Source of the DNA: Patescibacteria group bacterium
Lineage (GTDB): Bacteria; Patescibacteriota; Patescibacteriia; SG8-24; DYFX01
NCBI GenBank assembly: GCA_041659045.1
Contig: JBAZZB010000001.1
Span: forward strand, 454,111 to 518,110
Direction of reading: 5' to 3'
Length of the DNA: 64,000 nt
The notes beneath the pieces were generated by a model. That model was not told where the DNA came from, ran no database searches, and saw only the letters and a program-made list of their open reading frames with translations. Both the position numbers and the translations under genes were made by a program. Below, piece after piece: positions 56,917 through 64,000 of the stretch (within the stretch, counting starts at the first letter, position 1; each line of letters starts with the position of its first letter).

Positions 56917-59649
56917 CTAGAGCCAGTGCTTCGGGATGACGCCGCCTCGAATCAGCACTTTCCAACCCTCGACAAACCAGAGCACGGAAGAGCTGACGAG
57001 AATCGCGAGCGCCCATTCTTTCCAACCAACGCTCGCAAGACCGAAAACGTTTTGCAACGCCGGCACGTAGATAATGAGGGCGGCGTGCGCGATCGAAATT
57101 GAAACGCCGACGGGTACCCAACGATTGGCGCTGAAGCCGAGCTTGAAAACGGAAGTTGTCGCAGAACGTAGACTAAAGACGTTCCAAAGCTGAAAGAAGG
57201 TCATGGCGAGGAACGCGACAGTACGCGCATAGTTTTCGCCATCACGAACGTCTGCCCAACGGAACAGAAGAAGCGTACCAGCCGCCATGAGCACAGCGGT
57301 AAACACTGTCAGAATAAAGACGCTGCGAGAGAGCATGCGCGCGTTCTTACGACGCGGAGGATGCGATAATTCATCGCCGTGACGTCGTTCAGCGGCGAGC
57401 GCAACGCCGGTAAACCCGTCCGTCACCAAGTTCAACCAGAGAATCTGCGCGGGCAGAAGCGGGATCGGCAACGACAGAACAAGCGCGGCAAGAATCGTCA
57501 CAACCTCGCCGACGTTGGTCATGACAAGATACGCGACCGTTTGTTTGACGTTGCGATAGACGATGCGACCCTCTTCGACGGCCGCCACGATCGAAACAAA
57601 GTTGTCGTCGGAGAGCACCATCTCGGCGACCTCTTTAGTGACGTCGGTTCCGGTGATGCCCATGGCGATACCGATGTCCGCGCGCTTGAGCGCTGGCGCG
57701 TCGTTAATGCCATCGCCCGTCATGGCCACGGTATGACCGAGTGTTTGAAGCGCACTCACGATGCGCAGTTTTGTTTGCGGAGAAACGCGCGCGAACACGG
57801 CGGCGCGAGAGAGAATGCCGCGCAAGGCGTCGTCGGACAACGAGGCAACTTCATCATCGATAAATACTTTACCCGTGAGATCCTCGTCGCGATCCAAAAT
57901 ACCAACCTCACGCGCGATGGCCACGGCCGTATCGCGATGATCGCCCGTGTTCATGATGACGCGGATACCGGCGCGACGGCACTCGAGAATCGCCTCGCGC
58001 ACATCCTTGCGTGGCGGGTCGATCATGCCGACAAGACCGAGAATCGTCAGGCCGTGGAGATCTTTTTCATGTAGCTCGGCGTGCGCCATGTCGACGTGCT
58101 TGTAGGCGACCGCCAACACACGGAGCGCGCCATCAGCCATGTTCCGCGTCGCAGCTTCCAGGCGAGCGCGCATCTCGGCCGTCATGGGATGCGCCGCGCC
58201 TTTTTCGGTGGCGGCATCGGCCATGGCGAGAATCGATTCAACGGCGCCGACGATCATAATTTCGCGCGTCGGCTTGTCGCCAGGCGCGACGTACTCGTGC
58301 AAAATCGCTCGATATTTGCGATCGGAGGTAAATGGAATCTCGTCGACCGTTTTCTCGGCGCGGAGCAAATCATTTTTTTCGTATCCGCCCTTACCTGCCA
58401 TCACGACGAGCGCGGCTTCAGTCGGATCCCCTGAGGCGATCCAGCGTCCATCCTGTTTTTCAACCGCCGCGCTATTGCAGAGCGCGGCCACGCGCAAAAG
58501 ATGCAAAAACGAAGGGTGCTCAGCCGGCGAAGCTTTTTTTCCTTGAATCAGAAACTCCCCTTCTGGCGCCCAACCCTCACCCGTCACTTCGATTTCGTGC
58601 GTCAGCGTGAACGCTTTGCGCACCGTCATCTGGTTTTCCGTCAGCGTTCCTGTTTTGTCGGTGCAGATAACGTCGACCGTGCCGAGCGTTTCGACAGCTG
58701 GTAAACGGCGAGTGATCGCGTTGCGACGTGCCATGCGCTGCACGCCGATCGCGAGCACGACGGCGAGCACCGCCGGCAAGCCTTCAGGAATACTCGAAAC
58801 CGCCATGGCGATCGCGACAAGAAACATGTCGAGTGGTTCAAGACCCTGCCGCACGCCCACAAAGAAAATAATGCCCGCGCAAGCGATCGCGGCAATCGCT
58901 AAACCTCCACCGAGCCGATCGACGCGGCGCTCAAGAGGAGTTTTTTCGCGTTTGATGACGGAAAGAGATTGCGCGATTTGACCAAAGGCCGTGGCGCGTC
59001 CCGTGGCAATAACGACACCGGCGCCTTCGCCAGACGTCACGAGCGTGCCCATGAACGCGATACATGCACGATCACCGACCGAGGCGCTCTCCGCGACTGG
59101 TTGCAGTTTTTTTGAAGATGGCAGCGACTCCCCCGTGAGCGCGGCTTCGTCAATTTCAAGATCGCGAGAACGCACGAGACGCAGATCCGCGGAAATGCGA
59201 TCCCCTTGCGAGATGAGCACGACGTCGCCGGGTACCAGCTTGGAAGACTCAAGCCGAACGGTATGATCGTTTCGTTTCACCGTGACGGTCGGAACAACCA
59301 TCGCCTTGAGTTTCGAAAGCGCCGCTTCGGCTTTGCGTTCCTGCGCGTAGCCGATCAGCGCATTGGCAAGCACGATGATGCCAATCGCCGCGGCGTCAAG
59401 CGCGTGACCCGCGAAAAACGAAATGGCGGCAGCCACGAAAAGCACGTACACGAGCGCGTTCTTGAATTGCTTCAGAAACAAAAAGAACTTCGACGTCGAA
59501 GGTTCGGCGGGAAGTTCGTTCGGACCATAGGTTTCAAGCCGTGATACCGCCTCGCTGTCAGACAGGCCTTCCACCGACGTGGCAAGCGCGGTCAGCGTTT
59601 CATCGACGCCGAGCGCGTGCCAGGCGCGGTCATTGTTTTTCTTCATCAT
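56917..59649 (-). CDS. Cation-transporting P-type ATPase (type IIA, Ca2+-like)
   Basis: LTGES, IPEGLP, DKTGTLT, GDPTE, DPPR, TGD, MTGDGINDAPALK, LWLNLVTDG. Confidence 0.96.
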   Translation of the reverse strand: MMKKNNDRAWHALGVDETLTALATSVEGLSDSEAVSRLETYGPNELPAEPSTSKFFLFLKQFKNALVYVLFVAAAISFFAGHALDAAAIGIIVLANALIGYAQERKAEAALSKLKAMVVPTVTVKRNDHTVRLESSKLVPGDVVLISQGDRISADLRLVRSRDLEIDEAALTGESLPSSKKLQPVAESASVGDRACIAFMGTLVTSGEGAGVVIATGRATAFGQIAQSLSVIKREKTPLERRVDRLGGGLAIAAIACAGIIFFVGVRQGLEPLDMFLVAIAMAVSSIPEGLPAVLAVVLAIGVQRMARRNAITRRLPAVETLGTVDVICTDKTGTLTENQMTVRKAFTLTHEIEVTGEGWAPEGEFLIQGKKASPAEHPSFLHLLRVAALCNSAAVEKQDGRWIASGDPTEAALVVMAGKGGYEKNDLLRAEKTVDEIPFTSDRKYRAILHEYVAPGDKPTREIMIVGAVESILAMADAATEKGAAHPMTAEMRARLEAATRNMADGALRVLAVAYKHVDMAHAELHEKDLHGLTILGLVGMIDPPRKDVREAILECRRAGIRVIMNTGDHRDTAVAIAREVGILDRDEDLTGKVFIDDEVASLSDDALRGILSRAAVFARVSPQTKLRIVSALQTLGHTVAMTGDGINDAPALKRADIGIAMGITGTDVTKEVAEMVLSDDNFVSIVAAVEEGRIVYRNVKQTVAYLVMTNVGEVVTILAALVLSLPIPLLPAQILWLNLVTDGFTGVALAAERRHGDELSHPPRRKNARMLSRSVFILTVFTAVLMAAGTLLLFRWADVRDGENYARTVAFLAMTFFQLWNVFSLRSATTSVFKLGFSANRWVPVGVSISIAHAALIIYVPALQNVFGLASVGWKEWALAILVSSSVLWFVEGWKVLIRGGVIPKHWL

Positions 59650-60211
59650 GGGTCTCGCGGATTTCAGAGAGCAGCACATTCTCAACGCGGATGCCGCGCG
59701 GGAAAAAGATGCGCTCGAGCTCCTGCTTGGTTTCAATTTCGATCTGGTCGCGTTTGGCGGAGATGGCGTCGGCGAAGGTGAAGCGCGCCGCGATCATGCG
59801 CATGCGGCTGCGGATCGTCGGACGAACGATCTTCTGCACGAAGTCGTCACCGATCGTCTGCCAGATCGTCGGGATCTGCTCGATGTCGAGGCGCAAGAGC
59901 ACCGTACCTTCGACGGAAACGCGCTTGCCGTCGGCGGTTTGCGCCAAGACCGGTTCATCACCGAGCGCCTTGGCGTGCGTCGGATCAAACTCTTTGGAAA
60001 TCGAATACTCGAGCGTCTGCGTGTTAAACAGCTTGGCCTTCTGCCAAAACGGGATCTTCAAATGCAGTCCCGGCATCATCACTTTTTTCAAAACGCCGCG
60101 GCCCAAATCATAGACGCAGGCGACATAGCCGGGCGGCACGTGAATGAAGAGCCCTTTGAGGACATCTTCCACCACGAACGAATACATCATTTGGTCGAGT
60201 CGGTCGGCCAT
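59630..60211 (-). CDS. SPFH/prohibitin (band 7) family protein
   Basis: VPPG.V......G......PGLH.KIPF; T.DG..V.V; I.P..RS..R; GI.VE.V. Confidence 0.85.
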   Translation of the reverse strand: MADRLDQMMYSFVVEDVLKGLFIHVPPGYVACVYDLGRGVLKKVMMPGLHLKIPFWQKAKLFNTQTLEYSISKEFDPTHAKALGDEPVLAQTADGKRVSVEGTVLLRLDIEQIPTIWQTIGDDFVQKIVRPTIRSRMRMIAARFTFADAISAKRDQIEIETKQELERIFFPRGIRVENVLLSEIRETHDEEKQ

Positions 60212-60849
60212 AGCGAGCGTCGAAGGTTAGAAACGGTCAGGGAAAACACCATCGATGTCAGGACAAACAGGCTCTTGGCCATCGGCAAGATCGACAATAC
60301 CACGACGGTAAAGACCGGGAAAGCGTAGCGATAGATGGCGTCTTTCTTCTGCAGAAGGTGCGCGACCTTGCGCTGCTGCAGCGAAATCTCGATAAAGAGG
60401 AGAAGACCGACGGCTGAAGCCCAATACAAGTTGCGCTCGCCGAGCTCCGTGCCGAAAAACGTCGTGTTGATCGGTTGAGCGAAGCTGCCGTAGATGCCGC
60501 GCTGAAAAACTTGATAGAGCACGATCATGACGATGAGCTGCACGAACAGGATCATCGCCTTGGCCCAATGGCTCACCTTGTGCTCCTTGAGAAAGGCGCG
60601 GATATGCTCCCCCGCCAACACCTCGTCGTACTTGAAACGCTCCTGAATTTCGGCGACCTGAGATTCAAGATGCTCGTAACGCGCCGCGTCGCGTTCTGCT
60701 TTGATCGTGAGCGGGATCAAAGCGAGACGCAAAAGAAAGGTCATCTCGATAACCGCCACGCCAAGGTTGCCGAAGGCGACGGTTTCGTAGAAAAAGATGA
60801 GGAGATCGAGAAGCGGCGCGACCAGCAAATTCCGCCACAAGTCAATCAT
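60187..60849 (-). CDS. yidC: YidC/Oxa1-family membrane protein insertase (short)
   Basis: NLGVAVI..T..LR..L.PL, coiled coil, Q...VLYQVF, INTTFFG. Confidence 0.8.
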   Translation of the reverse strand: MIDLWRNLLVAPLLDLLIFFYETVAFGNLGVAVIEMTFLLRLALIPLTIKAERDAARYEHLESQVAEIQERFKYDEVLAGEHIRAFLKEHKVSHWAKAMILFVQLIVMIVLYQVFQRGIYGSFAQPINTTFFGTELGERNLYWASAVGLLLFIEISLQQRKVAHLLQKKDAIYRYAFPVFTVVVLSILPMAKSLFVLTSMVFSLTVSNLRRSLWPTDSTK

Positions 60850-60856
60850 AGACGTC

Positions 60857-61813
60857 TTATCGTAATGACGGCAGTATAACAGTTTCGACGTCTCGAAGCG
60901 ACGTCGCCTGGTTCAAGCGAACGCGAATTTCTTTACTGTTCGGTTCGCCTTTGAAATACCAGGCAAAATGCTTGCGCATGAGCGTAACGCCGCGCTCTTC
61001 ACCGTAGCGCGCGATCATGAGCTTTGTGTGATCAAGCACCGTGCGCACGCGCGTTTCTTCGTCGATGATCGTTGTAATTTTTCCGTCTTTCAAAAGCTCT
61101 TCGATCTGTTTCAAGATCCAGGGATTGCCGAGCGCGCCGCGGGCGATCAACGTGCCGTCAGCACCGGATTGCTCCATCGCCGGCACGGCCGCTTCGGGCG
61201 TATGCACGTCGCCGTTCACGAGCACGGGAATCGAAACACGCTTCTTCACTTCACCGACCATCTTCCAATCGGCGACGCCAGAATAGCCTTGCGCCTTGGT
61301 GCGTCCGTGGACGGTCAGCAAATCGGCACCCGCTTGTTCCAAAATTGGCGCGAAGTCGAGGCACTCTCGCGGATCGCTCCACCCAAGGCGTATTTTTACC
61401 GAAAGCGGCACGGTGATGACGGCTTTCATTTTTCGAATGATCTCGGCGGCGCGCTCCGGCTCTTTCATAAGCGCAGCACCGTTGAAGTTCGAGGTGATCT
61501 TGTAGACGGGGCAACCCATGTTGATGTCGATGCCGTCCGGATGAAACCGCTCTTCAACAATGCGCGCGGCTTCGGCCATGGTGTCCGGGTCTGCGCCAAA
61601 AATTTGCTGGATGATTGGGCGCTCCGCTTCTTCAAACTTGCACATGTCGAGCGTCTTTTCGTTCAGGCGCACGATTGCTTCCGCCGAAACCATTTCGCGA
61701 AACACAATCTTGGCTCCGAAGCGCTTGGCGATCAAGCAGAATTCGGAGTCGGTCATATCGGCCATCGGCGACAGCGCGATGATTGGTTTTTCGATGGTTT
61801 TCCAAGAAAACAT
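60857..61813 (-). CDS. dusB: tRNA-dihydrouridine synthase
   Basis: LSPMADMTD, EMVS, QIFG, DINMGCP, VKIRLG, HGRT, NGD, RGA.GNPW. Confidence 0.93.
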   Translation of the reverse strand: MFSWKTIEKPIIALSPMADMTDSEFCLIAKRFGAKIVFREMVSAEAIVRLNEKTLDMCKFEEAERPIIQQIFGADPDTMAEAARIVEERFHPDGIDINMGCPVYKITSNFNGAALMKEPERAAEIIRKMKAVITVPLSVKIRLGWSDPRECLDFAPILEQAGADLLTVHGRTKAQGYSGVADWKMVGEVKKRVSIPVLVNGDVHTPEAAVPAMEQSGADGTLIARGALGNPWILKQIEELLKDGKITTIIDEETRVRTVLDHTKLMIARYGEERGVTLMRKHFAWYFKGEPNSKEIRVRLNQATSLRDVETVILPSLR

Positions 61814-61867
61814 AAAAGCTACGCTAGGAATGTCCCAGCGTAGCTCCAATTTAGCTTTGCGTCAACG

Positions 61868-62344
61868 TTAGGCTTTGGGCACTGTCGGCATGGCGGCGTC
61901 GTGCTCGTTCGCGCTTTTTTTCATGAGCAGCGCGTCAACGCTGTACGCGCCGGCGCCGGAGAAAAAGAGGTTGAGAGAAGCGGCCAGAAGCAACACTTCG
62001 AGTTCAACTTTTGCCCAAGAAGAGAGACCCTTCGCGGCCAAAATCGCCACGACCATGGTCGACGCGTGCAGAAGCGCGATCGGGCGCACGGCCAAACCCA
62101 GGATCAAAAGAATACCTCCGAAGAATTCGACACCGCCAATGAACGGCGCCATGAGCCCCGGCATCGGTACGCCGATCTTGTCGAAGAAACCGGTCGTCAT
62201 GGCCAATCCTCCGAAGAGCTTCATCTTTCCGTGGAAGACAAAGATGGCGCCGACGGCAACGCGAAGGACGAGCTTGGCCACGTCGGCATTGCACGGCTTG
62301 CGCAGGCACGCCATGAGCGGATGATGCATGAGCTTGTGAAACAT
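61868..62344 (-). CDS. DoxX family membrane protein
   Basis: LRV..G.IF..HG..K, E..GG..LILG, E, GAGAYSVD. Confidence 0.9.
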   Translation of the reverse strand: MFHKLMHHPLMACLRKPCNADVAKLVLRVAVGAIFVFHGKMKLFGGLAMTTGFFDKIGVPMPGLMAPFIGGVEFFGGILLILGLAVRPIALLHASTMVVAILAAKGLSSWAKVELEVLLLAASLNLFFSGAGAYSVDALLMKKSANEHDAAMPTVPKA

Positions 62345-62427
62345 AAAAACGGTTGGAATTAATTGCAGGTTCAACATAGCATACTACTAGACAGTCTTCC
62401 ACTTGCATGCTATCTTCGTAAGCGCCT

Positions 62428-62506
62428 GGCGCGTTCGTCTAGCCCGGTCCAGGACGTCGCCTTCTCACGGCGAAAATCAGGGGTTCAAATCCCCTACGCG
62501 CTACCA
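62428..62506 (+). tRNA. tRNA-Glu(CTC)
   Basis: Acceptor GGCGCGT/ACGCGCT, anticodon arm TCGCC-TTCTCAC-GGCGA, GGTTCAAATCC T-loop, encoded CCA. Confidence 0.96.
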
Positions 62507-62600
62507 GAAAGATCCCGCTCCCTTTTGGGAGGGGGCTTTTTCTTTGTATGTGCGTTGACAGAACGATGAAATTCAGCTAAGCCTTGGTGCGGAGGTTCGA

Positions 62601-63266
62601 GTGAGAAAAGACGATTTTTCCTTGGCGCGATCCGAACTCCTCGTGCTGACGAACACGGTGCCGGAGGGCGCCGAACTCTACGGCATCCTGTTTTACGGAA
62701 GAGCGCAGACGGACGTGGTACCTCTGTACCCTTTCGTGGCTGCGTGTTTCGAGAAATACCGTTGCCCGATTCTCATCAACGGTTCGGACGGCAGGAGACA
62801 TGACGGAACCGTTCCTCGGGAATCATGGCCGGGCGGCGAAGAGTACCGAGCACAGCTCGTCGCGCGCGGTGTACCTTCAAGCGCCATTCTGGAGGCCGAG
62901 CCCGCGCACAACACGAGCACCGAAACGGAAAGCTTTCTGAAGCTGTTGGGAGGTGACGCACGTACGTGTGCCGGCAAGAACCTCGCCATCGTGGCGCATC
63001 CGCATCAGCTTCTGCGCATCATGGCGACGCTCATTCAGAAGCTCGGCACGCACGCCGACTCCTGGCCGAGAATCTACTCGCTGTATCCGTCGAAAACGCG
63101 GTGGTTCGAAACCGTGGCCGGTTCCCAAGGAGAAAACGGCGACATCGCCAGAATCGATCACGCGGATCTCGAAGTCCGGCGCGTGCTCAACTACCAACGC
63201 AGGGATTGCGCCGACTACTGGCAACTCGAGGCCTACTTCCGCTGGCTGGAGACCGAAACATCTTAG
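62601..63266 (+). CDS. YdcF/SanA (DUF218)-like protein
   Basis: L..RGVP...I......NT..E, IVAHP.Q..R; GGAGG before the GTG. Confidence 0.7.
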   Translation: MRKDDFSLARSELLVLTNTVPEGAELYGILFYGRAQTDVVPLYPFVAACFEKYRCPILINGSDGRRHDGTVPRESWPGGEEYRAQLVARGVPSSAILEAEPAHNTSTETESFLKLLGGDARTCAGKNLAIVAHPHQLLRIMATLIQKLGTHADSWPRIYSLYPSKTRWFETVAGSQGENGDIARIDHADLEVRRVLNYQRRDCADYWQLEAYFRWLETETS

Positions 63267-63323
63267 CCTCACCCTTGCGGTGAGGTCTTTTTTTTGGTAA
63301 GTGAATGATAGGAGAAATCGATC

Positions 63324-64000
63324 ATGTCCTTTCCAAGAAATTTCGTCCTTGTGCGTCACGGTGAGTCCGAAGGCAACGCGGCCATGCGCATGGCCGAGCG
63401 CGGCGACCCCGACGCCCTGAGAAAGGCGTTCGAGGGTCGGCATACGAGCCAGTTCCGCCTGACCGATCTCGGCGTGGAGCAAGCTGCTGCGGCCGGTGCC
63501 TGGTTGCGCCAGGAGTTCTTCGAGAATGGCGGCGGTTTTGACCGCTGCTATACCTCGCAGTACGTGCGAGCGATGGAAACGGCGGCGCTGCTCGAATTGC
63601 CGAACGCGGAATGGTACCGGAATTTCTATCTGGCAGAACGCGACTCCGGGGGTATCGAACAACGGCCAGAACACGCGCGCGACGAAGAATTCCGTACGAT
63701 GCTCGGCATGCGCACCATCGAACCGTTCTTCTGGCGACCCAGCAACGGCGAGTCAATTGCCCAGATGTGCCTGCGACTCGATCGCGTGCAGGACACGTTG
63801 CATCGCGAATGCAGCGATGGAAACGTGGTCGCGGTTTGCCATGGCGAGGTCATGTGGGGATTCCGCGTGCTCGTCGAACGACTGGCACAAGAAACCTTTC
63901 GTGATCTCTATCTCTCGAAGGATCCGGCGAACCGAATCCACAACTGTCAGATTTTGCACTACACACGCGCCGATCCCGATGATCCGCTCGCACCCTCGAC
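63324..64000 (+). CDS. Histidine phosphatase / phosphoglycerate mutase family (runs off window)
   Basis: Manual translation MSFPRNFVLVRHGESEGN...LTDLG.EQA...TS.Y.RA.ETA...NGES...VCHG. Confidence 0.9.
   Translation, partial: MSFPRNFVLVRHGESEGNAAMRMAERGDPDALRKAFEGRHTSQFRLTDLGVEQAAAAGAWLRQEFFENGGGFDRCYTSQYVRAMETAALLELPNAEWYRNFYLAERDSGGIEQRPEHARDEEFRTMLGMRTIEPFFWRPSNGESIAQMCLRLDRVQDTLHRECSDGNVVAVCHGEVMWGFRVLVERLAQETFRDLYLSKDPANRIHNCQILHYTRADPDDPLAPS

Overview
This is a gene-dense chromosomal window of moderately high GC, read with the standard genetic code. It most likely comes from a Patescibacteria/CPR (Parcubacteria, Uhrbacteria-like) genome. That placement is inferred from the LGAGC lipoboxes, the short HrcA, the stand-alone TraD/VirD4-like ATPase, the Memo-CapA fusion and the cohesin-like proteins. 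Core content: partial murJ, a 2-oxoacid:ferredoxin oxidoreductase-PduL-AckA operon, rlmD/era/LOG, mutY, a DEAD-box helicase, dnaX, cysS, an hrcA-grpE-hsp20-dnaK-dnaJ locus with a CIRCE operator, a P-type ATPase, yidC, dusB, tRNA-Gln(CTG) and tRNA-Glu(CTC). Most notable: (1) a 10-kb co-oriented surface-appendage cluster (19.2-29.6 kb) encoding an LPRTG substrate, a sortase with Ser in place of the catalytic Cys, a Gly-rich adhesin and a small putative pilin that share a domain, a DUF916-like anchor, a dockerin and two cohesins; (2) two tandem, promoter- and terminator-bounded, highly structured apparently non-coding units at 54.57-55.29 kb; (3) a 46-Cys secreted protein made of defensin/toxin-like 6-Cys modules, divergent from a trypsin-like protease; (4) pervasive leaderless -10-to-ATG architecture in core genes, contrasting with strong Shine-Dalgarno sites in orphan genes. 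All calls come from motif recognition by eye; no database searches were run.
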